DNA of 64,000 nt from Cenococcum geophilum (taxonomy: Eukaryota). The translations under genes were made by a program, and so were the position numbers. The notes under the pieces were generated by a model. That model worked only from the letters and a program-made list of their open reading frames with translations. It searched no databases and was not told where the DNA came from. Below, one piece after another: positions 13,801 to 28,400 of this stretch. The number at the start of each line of letters is the position of its first letter. Position 1 is the first letter of the stretch. Location of the stretch: contig CP158635.1 in assembly GCA_050273025.1 (NCBI GenBank), forward strand, positions 1,674,001 through 1,738,000, read 5' to 3'.

Positions 13801-16175
13801 TACTAGAAACAAACGCCTCTAATAGGGTTATAGCGGGAATCCTATTACAGTTACATCCAGATAGTAAATAGTACCCTATAGCTTTCTTCTTAAAGATAAT
13901 AAACCCGGCTAAGTATAACTATAAAGTATACAATAAAGAAATACTAGCTATTATTTAATTACTTTCCTAATAGCGCGTAAAGCTTAAAGGTATAAACTTC
14001 TGGATTAAAATATATACAGATTATAAAGCCCTAGAGTACTTTATAACTATAAAGCAGCTTATAGGGCGATAAGCCTAGTGGGCCGAAATACTCTCCTAAT
14101 TTTTTTTTATAATTATATATCGTTCTAGTAAGCAAAACTCTAAGGCTAATGCCCTAACCCAAAGAGAATAAGACGTAGAACCCTAGGATAAGCTAAAGAC
14201 CTAATATTGGATGCGTGCCCTCCTTTATCTAGAACAGCTTGACCCGCGGATCCTTAAGGAGCTAGACTCTTAGTAAAACGAGCTAGCACCGATAGAGGAG
14301 TCCTTAGATGAGCTAATAGGGCTAATTAACCGCCTTTTAACTGCAAACCGTATAGCTAATGCCTTAAGGGCCCTTCGCGAATAAGCCGTGAAAAGAGACT
14401 CCAATTTTAAGACGGAGGAAGGATTGCTCCTATACTAGGAGCGGCTTATAGTCCCTAATGTCGACAATTTACGGACTAAACTAATCCGCGAAGCTTATTG
14501 CTAAGTCTCTATGGTATACCCTAGTAAGAATAAGACCCGTAAAATTATTAACTGCCGCTACTACTAGCCGAGAATAGTTGTGGATATTGATTAATATATA
14601 CGGAACTGCGAAGACTACTAGAGAGCTATAATCCCACGGGATAAGACCCTAGGACTACTTAAGCCACTCCTGATACCAGAGCGCCCTTAGTAGTATATCT
14701 TTATAGACTTCTATGAACTACCTAGGGACCGTGACGGATACGATATAGTTATGGTTATAGTTAACCGCTTTGGTAAACGCCCGTTCTTAATTCCATATTA
14801 TAAGAACATTAATACCAAAGAGGCAGCCCGGCTATATATCCATTATGTCTACCGAATCTACGGACTATTAGATATTATTATATCCGATTATAGGCTATAG
14901 TTTATATTAGCCTTCTAGAATAAGTTTACCCGGATCCTAGGCATTAAGCTAAAGCTTTTTACGGCTTATTACCCCTAGACAGATGGTTAGACAGAGATTA
15001 TAAATTAGTACCTAAACTAAAGGCTTAGGCCCTTCGTTAACTATTTCCAGGACAACTAGTTTAAATTACTACCCTTAATAGACTACGCGCAAGCAACCCT
15101 ACCCCACGACTCCACAGGGTTTGCCCCGATTTAGCTAGAAATGGGATACTTACCCCATATAAGCTTTAACTGGAAAAGGCTAAAAGAACCCTAGACTATA
15201 CAAGAGAAGCTATCCTATACTAAGGCCTAACAGTACGCTAAACAATTAGAAGAGGCCTAGACGGTAGCCCGCGAGAACCTAGAAAAAGCTTAGAGGTTAA
15301 TAGAACAATAGGCGAATAAATACCGTTAAGAGCCCGATTTTGCCCCTGGCGATATGGTCTAGGTTATAACAAGGAATTAGAGGACTAAACGACCTAGCTA
15401 TAAGCTAGACTACTAGATAGTAGGACTGTATAAGGTTTTTAAAAAGATAGGCAACTTATACAAGATAAAGCTCCCAAACTTAATTAGGGTTCACCCTATC
15501 TTCTTACTAGATAAGTTATGGAAAGCTGTAAATAACCTATTACCTAGATAAAAGAACGAGCCTCCCTTACTAGTTTAAGTAAACGGTGACAATAAATGGG
15601 AGGTTAATAAAATACTAGCCTGTAAGATAGTATGGGGAGCGCTAAAATACCGTGTCTAATAGAAGGGCTATAATCCTGACCCAACCTGGTACCCTATATA
15701 GAACTTTATAGGCTGCCCCTAGAAGCTTAAAGAATTCTATAACTAATACCCTAATATGCCTAGACCCCCAAAGTACCTAAACAAATAGATGGAATGCTGG
15801 TATAATAAAGACAATAAGTTACTAGAAGAATATAGGGACAAAAACGCCCCAAAGCCCTAATACAGCTGTCTGCCAAATTCTGCTATATTCTGCCGTTTTC
15901 TGCCAGTACCGTAAAATTTCAGATGTCCAGGAACTTTAACCGCCGGTTGAAGTTGTTTAATTAGTTAGATCTGTGCCAAGACTTTTAACGGCTACTCTTT
16001 CTAGCCTAGTGCTTCCACTTAGCCCACAATCGCCCTTTGTACTTAGTTAGGACGGACTCATATCCCCTTTATCTCCTCATCTTATATTTTTATAATCCTA
16101 CGTTTATAAGCCTAGTGCTACCCTATTTTTTCTAACTAAGCCTAAGGGCAGGCTTTCTTTTAAAGAGGGGGGTGA

Positions 16176-16386
16176 TGTAACGGCGCTATCGCACGTTACC
16201 TGCCAAATTCTACCATATTCTGCCGACCTGCGATTAGCCCGCCTAAAGCTAGCGCCTTGGCGGCTTACCCTATATATTTGTTTACATCGGTCCTAGCGAC
16301 CCCTTTTCCTTCTCTTTAGCTTAGTATCTTCGTAATACAGCATTCGTTCAAGCTTCGGTTCAGAGGCATTTGTTCGAGCCGTGACA
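16176..16386 (+). repeat. 3' LTR of Gypsy B
   Basis: Preceded by a polypurine tract and followed by TSD CCTAT. Confidence 0.95.
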
Positions 16387-17484
16387 CCTATTATATATAG
16401 AAAGCTATATACTTTTTATCTCCTTTATAAACACGGATTTAATTAAAGGCAGCAACTACGTTAAGCTTTATAAAGTATTATACTTTTACTAAGCAGTTAA
16501 GTGTTTCTTAAAGCAAAGGAATTAGATATTAGTTTTAAATTATAATCGTATTTAGGGCTTAATAATTAATATAGAACCTTAAGCCTTCTTTAGGTTTCTT
16601 AACGAATAGTATAAGTAAGATAAATAGTAATTAACTAGGGCAAATAAATCCTTTCTCTAGGTGCTCTTTAAGGTATTATTATATTATAAGCAGCTCTTTT
16701 TATAATATACTATATAATAGGCCGAACTTTAGCGTTATACTAGGTTTAAGTTCTATCTTAAAATTATACTCGTCTTAATATAGGGGTAGTTAGTCTATAA
16801 ATCGTTTCTTAAACGTATTAATTAGATTATAATATTCTTTAGGTATAAAAGGTTAGGGGTTAATATATTACTTTAGTTTTAACGCCTTCTTAATATCTTC
16901 TAGTGTTATAGTAAAGATCTTATAATCTTGTTTTTTTACTAATAAATAAAAGGGTGCGGCTTATACTATATAAATTTTAAAGGGTTTTAATATATTATCT
17001 TCGCATTCTTTACTATAATTAGCAGTTATAACTTTATTATATTAGTTTAAGGTTTATAGCAAGGGCAATTTATATTATATTAAATTTAAATAGTTATATA
17101 TATGTTTATAGGGTAAGTAGTATTTTAAGTAATAATTTCGGCAGTAGGTTATACGGAATTTTAGTATTTCTTTAACCTAGCTAATTAAAGGGTTATATTA
17201 TTTTAGCTATCTATATTTAAGTATTACCTTATAATGCTTTAAGGGTATTATAAATAGGGAAATATATTTAAGGTATTTGCCTATCCGCGTCTTTATAAAA
17301 GCGTAGTATATTAGTTTACCGTATATTAAAGGCTTTAGGGCTTATTAAGTTTCTTTAAATTTAAGCGTTAAGTTTTCGCGTAGTTTATATTAATAAAGTC
17401 TATACTAATAGCTCCACTATCTATAAGGATTTATACTTCCTTCTATTTTTTAAGTATTTAAATTTTACTAAGTATATTAAGGGA

Positions 17485-20400
17485 TGTTTGTACCAACTTA
17501 ATGGTACAGGTGAGTTATATCCCGGGGCACGAAATACGTATAGTATTGTATGCTCTTTGGGATGGTGGTAACTATCGATTCTATTAAGGTAGACTACGCG
17601 GTCTATATACTGACGCACCTCCCCCCTACTTAGTTAGTGCTCCAGGGGTGCACCAAACGCGTAAGCGGGTGGTTGGTACACCGAACGCGTAAACGCGTAC
17701 TCGGCGTATCGAACGCGTAAGCACGCGGTTGGTACGACAGGTGCTGTAATTATACACTGGCGGTACTTGGAAAATGAAACTACTTATATATAGCCTCCGT
17801 AATTGCCTTAATAGAACCATAAAACATATAAGAAAATACATAGGAAATCCCTCCTAAGGTGCCTTCTGGGTTGCCTTCCAAATGGTGCTCCAATCTGGCC
17901 GTAAGTCCTGCTTATAGTCCGTAAAATGAACTATACGGCCTTTTAACGGGCCGTAAATGTACCGTACGGCCTTCCGATAGGCCGTAACTGAACTATAAAT
18001 GCTTCGTTAGTCTCGCTCTACCTATTTTATAACCTTTAGGTTAAGCTTATTTGTATTAATTAGGGTTTTAAGAGCTTAATACGGCTTTGCCTTAGTTATA
18101 GCGTCTACTAAGTTGTCTCCGCTGCTAATCTATTTAACCTTTATAATCTTACGTCGTTTATAGGCCTAACGTAAGCATATTAGGTCGACTATAAGCCTCT
18201 TCTCTTATGTCGTACCTAGTTTGACTAGGTAGTTGTAGAGGGACTTTAAATTGGTGTATAAAACTAGGGGTAGCTGCTCCAATTATAGGATCTTCTGGAT
18301 CGTTAATTTAATTGCGGCTGCTATATTAAAGCTATAGGCTAGTGTATATAGTTTAGAAGCTAGTACACTGCGGGTTACTTATTTGCATTTAATTGAAGAC
18401 TAATATAGTATATTTGCGTCTTAATTATAGTCTATAAGTATAATTACAAAGCCGATTTGCGATAATAGGTCCCTATTATTAGCAAAGGAGGCGTCCGTAA
18501 ATGCCATTATGCTAATAGAATTTAGGTTTAGCGGTATAAAAGTAAGTCCTTTTATCGCATTGTTAATCCGCCATTAAATGCGCTTATTAAGCTGCTTGAC
18601 ATTTTCTTCTTATAGGTCTACTGCCTGGGCTGTAAAGGACAAGTCGTAGGCAGATTTAGGTTGGCAGACTATAGCAATATAGGCGCCTCTTGTACGCTAT
18701 GCAGCGTATTAGTCCTTCGTATTTACGGTTTTATAGGTCTCTTTATAGGAACTGGTAAGGTCCATAGGCTTTGCTATAATAAGCTTTAGGTTTTAAGCTT
18801 GGCGTTCCTAGGTTAGCTAAATTAAGTTGCCCTTTTATATAATTAAGCCTCCGTTAAACTTAATTAGAGTTTACTTAGTTAACTGCTCTCACGGCTTTAC
18901 TAGGAACTTAGCTTCTTATAGTTTAGTCTTTTTAGCGTCTGCAAATATCCGGTCTGCTAAGAAGAGGGTATTATCTATTTAGAGTCCAATAATACTAAGG
19001 CCGTTTAATAGGGTATATAGGAGGTAGGGGTTATAGGTTAACTGCTCTATCTTGAGTTTATAGACGTGGTGCTGGTAATACGTCTTAAACCAGTGGTTTT
19101 TAGCTTCTGGTACTCCGTAAAGTGGTTTTATAACCTATAAAATTATTTCTAGTTATAAATTAAGCTCTAGTAGTGGTCGTATAAAGATATCCCTACTTAG
19201 GTAGGTATTAGATTATACGTAGGCTTGTGAGATATCCCGTAGGTAAAGAGTTACGGGTTTGCTCTGCTATAGGCCGGGCGTAAGTGTAAGTATAATCCGT
19301 TGGCTGACTTATTGGATTATAGGTAATTGCGTAAGGACTAAGTCCTTTCCCTAGTCGTTATAAGCTTATATGATGAGCCTTAACTTTTTAAAGGCTTTAT
19401 TAGTATTAGGGTGCTTAATTTCGTTAATAAAGCGCGAGTTAAATATACGGACGCCTTGCGGAACATCTCTCTCCGTTATAACTATAAAGACGCCCTTTTT
19501 AAGTAGTCTGTTGATCTCTTTACGTTATAAGTCCGTAAAAGGGGTTTCCTATACTAGAACTGATATATTTGTAGGCGGAGATTGCCTTATAGATATACCT
19601 GCGGAGGTTAGGTAATTCTCCGTTATGGGGTTCTTATAGGGGCGTCCTCGGCCACGCTTTACAGTAGGTTTAGTAGGTTTAGTAGGTTTCTAGGGGACCT
19701 CTAGGGTAGGTAAAAGTGCTTCTAGTTTATTTAATTTGGCGGTTATTTCTAGTTTACCTAATTCGGCGGGTGCTTCTGGTTTGTTTAGCTTAGTAGGTGC
19801 TTCTAGTTTGTCTGGCTTAACGTTATAGGTGTTTTCGGACTAAAAATAGGGTTTTATGGATGTGCTTCTAAAGCTTATTGGTCCGCTAGGGAGCTATATA
19901 TAGTAGGTCTCGTCTTCTACAGCTAGTAGACGGTAAGGTCTAGTCTAATTACCGCTTTCACGCTATATAAGGACTTTAGAATTAAGCAGAAGGTTGTATA
20001 CTAAGGTTATATTAGGTCCGTTACGGTAGTATAAGGCGTTATTAACAGTTTGTTTGGCCCGTAATTTAACTATTTTGGCTATTACCTTCTGTATTATAGC
20101 TGCTTAATCCGTAATAGATGGGGTAGGAGGGTCCAGTTTACTTATCCTTAGGTAGGCTCCGTAGACTAAGAGGGTAGGTACTAGTCCGTTAGGGCTAGCG
20201 GTGTTATTAATAGCTTTTACGGCTATCTATAAAGCTAGTTCTTTTTGGATATTCTTACACTCGTCTATAATAATTTAGTAAGCTCTCTATAGAGCTAGGT
20301 AAGTTTACTTAATAAGCCTAATGGACTAGTACGCCTTAACTAGAACGGCTTTTGTTAAAATAGCTATAGCTATAGCGTACTATTAGAATTCCTTACTAAT

Positions 20401-23400
20401 GAAGTTTCTGCCGGCGTTGTGGGTAATATACTTAGGAGGTCTAAGGTATGTATCAATCTAGTAGGTCCGTAAAATGTCCCAAGTATATTTTATAGATATA
20501 TTTTGCAACTAACGGGCGGCTTAATAGCGGGTTACCTTATTAATTATATGTAATACTGGACTGCCGTTAATATACATAATGTCCACGTATACTAAGTGGT
20601 TAAAGTTAAGGTCCTTATAAAGGGTAAACTTAAATCGGCCTAGGGAACGTCCGTATTTCTGGTAAAAAGAGTAGTATTTGGTTAGGTAGTCGATTACCTT
20701 CCTATTAACGTTATTATGTCTAGAGCGTTTAAGGACTCTATATAGCTTTTTGGCTAATGGGTGGCCGAAGCGGCGGTATAGGCGGTAGATCTTAGTACTG
20801 GTAAGGTAGCACGGGTTGTAGTTAAAAGATTCCTAAATATAGGTCTGTAAAGTCTCTCCCTATATAAGGAACGGGTGTCCAAATCGTCGTATAATTAGTA
20901 GGGTAATATGCTTGCTTCCTAGGGCAGTTATGGGGCCAATTACGGTGTCTGTAATATTATTATAGTAGACCTATAGCCTATCTATATCCGCAAGATAGAG
21001 TAGAAAAGGGGTGTCCGCTTTTACTACGTGGAAGTTAACTAGGCTAATTAGGGTCTTAACTGCAACTAATCTAATTAATGTGGTTAAGCCGATGCCGAAT
21101 TAGACGTTTACGGCCCCAGTTTGCGTAGTATTAATATCCGTATTGTTATTTACGGTGGTCTTATATGCAAGGTATTGTCCGTAACCTGCAGTAGACTTCT
21201 TAGAGGTACCTATATCGATTATAACGCCGTAGAATTCTTTAGGGGTATAGCGTTTTATAGTAATATATGCAAATAGGTCCTATTCACGGTCTATAACGTC
21301 CGTAACGGGTTTAGCGGGTGTATTTATGGGCTAGTTTTCGGGTGTAATTAAGTATATAAAGGAGCGGTCGGCTAATACGGTTATAGTATTAAAGGCTTAG
21401 CTGTCCGTAAAAGGTCTAAAAGTAGTTAGAAACGTCTCTAAGGTCTTTTATTTCTAAGTATCTAAGTTAAAATTAATTATAAGGGCTTCTATTGACTCGT
21501 TAAGAGACTCTTTTACTTCCTTTCCTTCGTAGTCTAAGATAAACTGGTTAATCTATCTATTAAATCTCTTCTTAGACTTATCGCGTTTTTCCTGGGTATA
21601 CCTTATAGACTAATATCCTTTCTTACCGTATATAAAGCACTTCTGACTAGTTTGTCTGTGGGGGTATACTTTTATATGGGAGTTGCTGCGGGGGTTATGG
21701 GTGGGACTTAGTCGGTATAGGTACTGCTGGTAGTAGCGGCGGTCCGTAAAGTAGGCGTCTAAGTCAGTTTACGGGTTTTGTAGGTCCGTAATAAAGGTTT
21801 AAGTACTATCTGGCGGGTTTAAGACTTTGTACGTTATAATAAAGGACCGTAAATTGTTAATAAGGCCAGCTATGGTGTCTGCAGGCTTATAATAGGCGTA
21901 TTTATAGGGTTTTACTTCCTAGCAAGCTATAATAAGCTTATTATACAGGAAGTCGTCCGTTTGAAGCTTAATGTCAAGGCCGTGCTATAGGTGCCGGAGG
22001 TCTTTAATAAGAATTTATAGGTATTCTGTGGTCGACTTTTCGGTATTCTTGTTAATTACGGTCCGTAACTTAGTCGCATTCTATTAGGTAAGGATATTAC
22101 GCCTATATTCCGGCCCTTTAAAGTAGTTATATATAGCTTTATATAGCTTATTAAAGGAGACACTAAGGGGGTTGCTCTTAAGGTTGGTGTAGTAGTAGTT
22201 AAGGGCTAGGCTACGTAGTATAGTAGAGTAGGCTTGGCTGAATTCCCGTTTAGGAATGTTAGCCTTTTAATAGAGGTCCGTAAAGATGGTTAGTTTAAAG
22301 TCAAAGTTATTATTTTTACCGCTATACTTAGATTCGTCGGTATAGAGCTTAGCTAAGTTGGCTAGCTCCTTACTATAGGTCTTTACTTAAGTAGGTTGCG
22401 GATCTGTGACTTAGGTAGGTTGCGGATCTATAGCTTGGGCGGCGGGAGGGTTTTGGTCCGTATTTTAGTTTATAGGGGTATTACGGTCCATAGCGTGGTC
22501 CATAACTTAAAAGTAGGGTATATTTTAGTTAGTAAGGTCAATTTTAAAGCCGCTTTAGTTTATAGGGCAAATTTGGTTAAGTGGGTTAGGTATAAGGCTA
22601 GCGATTATATTAAGTTTGGAAGAAGCAAAGAGTTCTTTTATAGCTTTAACCTGGTCTAAGATTTCCTCTTTAGTCCATTCTATTTGGTCTTCTTCCTATA
22701 TTATGTTATATAAGGACCGTATAACAGTAACTCGTTTATCCTTTTTAACCCATACACCTTAGTGACGTAAAAGGGTTTATAGGTTATGGATGGCATTAGG
22801 GTTATAAGCCTTAAGAATAGCTTCCGTAAAATCCGCAAAGTCTTCCTTATATTGCTCCTATAGGTTGTTGTTTAGAAGCTTATAGTATCCGTATTTAAGG
22901 ATTTTAAAATTAATATAGTCGTTAACGCCGTCCGTAGACGTGAGGTCGACTCCCTAACTCTACTTCTTTTGACCTTTACTAATTTGCTTAGTTATATCTG
23001 CCATATTATATAGCGTAGTATATCTATATAAGCTGTAGTGGGTAATAGTAGCTTGTAGCGGGTGGAGGAGGTCTTGTAACGGTCCGTAAAATTGATTAGC
23101 GGGTCTGTAACAGTTTAAGAGGTCTTATAGTAGTCCATAAAGGCGATTAACGGGTCCGTAACGGTTCGCAGAAGGGTAGGGGGTCTCCGTAAGGGGTCTT
23201 GATAGGTCCGTTGTAGTTCGCAAAAGGGTAGGGGGTCTCCGTAAGGGGTCTTAACAGGTCCGTTATAGTTCGCAGAAGGGTAGGGGGTCTCTATAAGGGG
23301 TCTGAAAAGACGTCGGAGGTATTAAAAGAGGGTGTAGTAGGAATAGGGGTTCGAGGTTTAAAGAGGTTGAGGGTAGGTAGTTCTGTACAAGTCTGTATTC

Positions 23401-23829
23401 GCGTCTATAAACTTCCGGTAAACCGTACTAAGACTTAAATAAGTATACAGAGTTAGTGATAGGTCCGTAATCCCCAACTTTTAACCTTCTAGTAGGTCGT
23501 ACTAGGATTAAACGGGTGGTCGCTATCGAGTATCGCTTAGGGGAGGTATTAAGTGATTACTAATCTGTACGCGCTTACTAATCAGTGTTTATACCAACTT
23601 AATAGTATAGGTAAGTCATATCCCGGGGCACGAAATACGTAGAGTATCGTATGCTCTTTGGGATGGTGGTGACTGTCAATTCTATTGAGGTAGACTACGC
23701 GGTCTATATACTAACGCACCTCCCCCCTACTTAGTTAGTACTCCAGGGGTGCACCAAACGCGTAAGCGGGTGGTTGGTGCACCGAACGCGTAAGCACGCG
23801 GTTAGTACGATAGGTGCTGTAATTATACA
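17485..23829 (-). mobile_element. Full-length GalEa-like Ty1/Copia element 'C', RIP-inactivated
   Basis: LTRs at 23586-23829 (5', 244 bp) and 17485-17756 (3', 272 bp), TSD AGGGA on both sides. Copia domain order gag-PR-INT-RT-RH on the minus strand. CX2CX4CX4H finger (~21600-21640), RT KSRLV.QAY and LQTDD, RNase H ADAMTK. ACTGATTAGT near-palindrome in place of a PBS. Confidence 0.92.
23160..23310. repeat. ~51-bp tandem repeat (x3) in the 5' part of GalEa C gag
   Basis: Repeated GTTCGCAGAAGGGTAGGGGGTCTCCGTAAGGGGTCTT units. Confidence 0.8.
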
Positions 23830-25419
23830 AGGGAGTTGTGTTATATATTAGCGCTAAAAGAGCCTAAACACTTATACTCTTCCACTTCTTATCTTAAGGC
23901 GCGACTTAGTCCTAAGATAATTTATTTTTTAAGTTAACTAAAGGTAAGATGCTTTATAGCAACTAAGTATAATTTATAAAATAAATATAACTTAAGGACT
24001 AAGAGGAGCTACAGCGGACCTTTTTAAAAAGGTAAGTTTAGCAATCCCTTTAAATATATCCCTTTTTTCTATATCTAAAACATTCTCTATTTACGGCTTA
24101 TATTCTTTATTTATTAGTTCCTAAAGGTATATAGGATTAAGTGGCGTTAAGGTCTATAGGGTTATATATAGGGCTTTTAGGTTTTAAAGACGGATTATAC
24201 TTTAGGGTATATACCAGTTTTATAGAGTTTTAAATATAAGGTATAGTTAGCTTTAGGAAATAAGTTTATTTATTATATTAAAGGTCCTTATTAATTTATT
24301 AATATATTATAGTAAATTTAGGTAAGTCCTTTAGCAGTTCTCTATCTACTAACTATACTTTAATTTTATCCGAAATAGCTTAGCGGAGAGTAGTAACTCT
24401 AGCGGCTTTATTCTAATTTAGTTTATTAATAAGGCCTAAAAATTCCGAAAAGAAGCTAGTAAAGTCTTAGTTCCGTTATTATAGGTTTTTAAGTTTAGTA
24501 ATAGCTATATATTTGCGGCTAGCGTTATTATATATTCGTTCTAATAGAGAGATAAAGATTTTAAAATTAACGAAGGTGCTATTATAGAAGAATGGGTCTA
24601 TAGTTTATATAGCGTCTTTACTTAAATAAGACATTCTATAGCTAATCTTGCTAGCTTTAATAGGGTATTAGTTATAGTTTATTAAAAGTTTAAGATAGAG
24701 CTTAGTTATAAAGGGATATAGGTTATTTTAATTTCTATTAAATATTAAAGGGTTAAGGAGTTTTTTTAATTTTGTAGTAGGTACTGGGTTTATTATAGGT
24801 ATAGGTTAAGCTACCGTTACTAGTTTAGGGTTTATATTTAATAGGTTAAGTTTATATACAGTTATTTTAATTTTATTTATAGGTGTTGCTATTAGGGTCT
24901 TTAACGCAAGTACTTTAGCGTTATAGAGTTCTTTGCGTATTGCTTTAATTAATTGCTAATACTAAGCTTCTAGTATAGTTTGTTACTAGGCCAAGGCATC
25001 TATAAAGGACTATTGTATTATAGTTGTTTATTCCTTAACTAGGGCTATAATAGTTAATATAGTGGATTTAAGTTTGTTTACTATTTTAAGGGCATTAATA
25101 TTAACGCAACGTAATATAAGGGCGCGGAGAGACTTTAGGAAAGATTTAAAGGAATAATATAAATTCTATCTAAATCTAAGGGTATATAGCTCTCGCTAAG
25201 AACAAGATATTACGTAAAGAAGAGAAGGGAATAACAAGGGAATTATATAATTAAATAGTTAGGGGCTTAGTGGTCAATGCGTGCGTATATACGTACGCGG
25301 TCTTTAACGGACTTTAGTAGAATTTAATTAATCTAGCAGAATTCGGTTAAAGCGTCGGAATTTATCTATTAAGTGTTTTACTAAGACATTCCTACTATAA
25401 CTAGGCTAGTCCCGTTATA

Positions 25420-28400
25420 GCCTACTCTACCATACCATGCGGCCCAGTCCTTAACCACTATTACACTAACCTTAAAAGTAACCCCCTTAGTATTCCCTTT
25501 AATAAGCTATATAAAGCTATATATAACTACTTTAAAGGGCTAGAATATAAGCGTAATATCCTTATATAATAGAATGCGATTAAGTTATATACCGTAATTA
25601 ATAAGAATACTAAAAAATCGACTATAGAGTGCCTGCAAATTCTTATTAAAGACCTTTAGCACCTATAGTATGGCCTTAATACTAAGCTTTAAATAGACGA
25701 CTTCCTATATAACAAACTTATTACAACCTACTAGGAAGTAGAACTCTATAAATACGCCTATTATAAGCCTATAGACACCTTAACTGGCCTTATTAACGAT
25801 TTATAGTCCTCTATTATAATATATAAAGTCTTAAACCTACTAGGTAGTACTAAGCCTTTATTACAGACCTATAAAACCTATAAACTAACTTAAATACCTA
25901 CTTTACGGACCGCCGCTACTGCTAGCAGTACCTATACTAACTAAGTCCCACCTGTAAACCCCGTAGTAACTCCTATATAAAAGTATACCCCTATAGACAA
26001 ACCAACTGGGAGTGCTTTATGTGCGGTAAGGAAGGATATTAGTCTATAAGGTATACCTAGGAAGAGCATAACAAGTCTAAGAAGAGATTTAACAGCTAGG
26101 TTAACTAGTTTATCCTAAATTATAAAGGAGATAAAGTAGAGGAGTCTCTTAACGAGTTAATAGAAGCCCTTATAATTAACTTAGACTTAAATACTTAGGA
26201 ATAAGAGACCTTAGAGACGTTTCTAACTACTTTTAGACCTTTTACAGACGGCTAAGCCTTTAATATTATAACCGTATTAGCCGACCGCTCCTTTATATAC
26301 TTAATCGCACCTAAAAACTAACCTATAGGTATACCTATTAAACCCGTTATAGACGTTATAGACCGTAAATAGGACCTATTAATATATATCACTATAAAAC
26401 GCTATACCCCTAAAGAATTCTATAGCGTTATAATCGATATAGGTACCTCTAAGAAGTTTATTATAGCTTATGGATAATACCTTATATATAAGACCACTAT
26501 AAATAATAATATAGACATTAATACTATGAAAACTAGGGCCGTAAACGTCTAATTCGGCATTAGCTTAACTGCATTAATTAGATTAGTTATAGTTAAGACT
26601 CTAATTAGCCTAGTTAACTTCCATATAGTAAAAGCGGATACCCCTTTTCTACTTTGCCTTATAGATATAGATAGGTTATAGGTTTACTATAATAATATTA
26701 CGGACACCTTAATTAGCCCCGCAACTACCCTAGGAAGTAAGTATATCACCCTACTAATTATATAACGATTTGGACACCTATTCCTTATATAGGGAGAGAC
26801 TTTATAGACCTACATTTAGGAATCTTTTAACTATAACCTGTGCTACCTTACTAGTACTAAAATCCATCGCCTATACCGCTATTTTGGCCACTTATTAGCT
26901 GAAAAGCTGTATAGAGTCCTTAAACGCTCTGGATATAACAACGTTAATAGAAAGGCAATTAACCACCTAACTAAATACTGCTCCTTCTGCCAGAAATACG
27001 GACGTTCCCTAGGCTAATTTAAGTTTACTCTTTATAAAGACCTTAATTTTAACCACTTAGTGTACGTAGATATTATATACATTAATGGCAGCCTAGTATT
27101 ATATATAATTAATAAGGCAACCCGCTATTAAGCCGCCCGTTAGTTATAAAATATATCTATAAAATATACTTAGGATATTTTACGGACCTGCTAAATTAAT
27201 ATATACGTTAGACCCCCTAAGTATATTACCCACAACGCTAGTAGGAACTTTATTAGTAAGGAATTCCAATAATACGCTATAGCTATAGCTATTTTAACAA
27301 AAGCCGTTCTAATTAAGGCGTACTAGTTTGTTAGGCTTATTAAGTAAGCTTACCTAGCTCTATAGAGAGCTTACTAAATTATTACGGATAAGTATAAGGA
27401 CATCTAAAAGGAACTAGCTTTATAGATAGCTGTAAAAGCTATTAATAATACTGCCGGCCCTAACAAACTAGTACTTACTTTCTTGGTTTATAGAGCCTAC
27501 CTAAAAATAGGCAAACTGGACCCTCCTGCCCCGTCCGTTATAAATTAAGTAGCTATAATACGGAAGGTAATAGCCGAAATAGTTAAGTTACGGGCTAAAC
27601 AAACCATTAATAGCGCTTTATACTACCGTAATAGACCTAATACAACCTTAGTATATAACCTCCCGCTTAATTCTAAAGTCCTTATATAGCGTAAAAGCGG
27701 TAATTAGACTGGACCTTATTATTTACTAGCTGTAGAAGACAAAATATGCTGTATATAACTTCCTAGCGGACCGACTAGCTTTAGAAGCACGTCTGTAAAA
27801 CCCTATTTTCGGTCTAAAAACACCTATAATGTTAAATTAGACAAACTAGAAGCACCCTTACCTACTCTAAAAGTCCCCTATAAACTTACTAAACCCGCTA
27901 AACCTACTATAAAGTGTAGTTAAGGACGCCCCTAAAAGTACCTTTTAACTAAGAACCCTATAATAAAGAATTACCTAACCTCCGCAGGCACATCCGTAAG
28001 ACAACCCCTACCTATAAATATATTAGTTCTAGTATAGGAAACCCCTTTTATAGACTTACGACGTAAAGAGATTAATGGACTACTTAAAAAGGGCGTCTTT
28101 GCGGTTATAATGGAGAAAGATATCCCGTAAGGCGTCCGTATATTTAACTTACGCTTTATTAACGAGATTAAACACCCTAGTACTAATAAAGCCTTTAAGA
28201 AATTAAGGCTTATTATATAAGCTTATAACGACTAGGGAAAGAACTTAGTTTTTACGCAATTACCTATAATTTAACGAGTTAGTTAACGAATTATACTCGC
28301 ACTTATGCCTAGACTACAGCAAATTAAACCTATAGCCCTCTACTTATAGGATATCTTGTAAGCCTATATACAGTCTAACACCTACCTAAATAGAGATATC

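Larger units (their letters stand above)
10674..16386 (+). mobile_element. Ty3/Gypsy chromovirus 'B' with both LTRs, RIP-inactivated
   Basis: 211-bp LTRs at 10674-10884 and 16176-16386 (TGTAAC...GTGACA), TSD CCTAT on both sides, PPT AAAGAGGGGGG (~16162). Motifs: CCHC knuckle (~11678), protease ALIDTGA (~11925), RT YLDDIL (~13365), RNase H ETDAS (~13806), integrase TDGQTE (~14979), chromodomain WEV.KIL...Y.V.WKGY (~15595-15700). Confidence 0.95.
10448..25419 (-). mobile_element. Ty3/Gypsy element 'A' in three pieces (10448-10673, 16387-17484, 23830-25419): 5' LTR, gag, protease, partial RT
   Basis: Minus-strand RT PFGL.NGPSTFQ.YIN (~10590-10650) continues across the 10674-16386 insertion. Protease ILIDSGA is at ~17420-17440 and gag at 23830-25100. 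The putative LTR ~25115-25419 ends CCCGTTATA (RIPed TTACA); its left boundary is approximate. Confidence 0.8.

Noticed and set aside
6892..22659. Short ORF-track calls inside the LINE, Gypsy and Copia bodies
   Set aside because: They are antisense or off-frame fragments of RIP-mutated pol, gag or LTR sequence.
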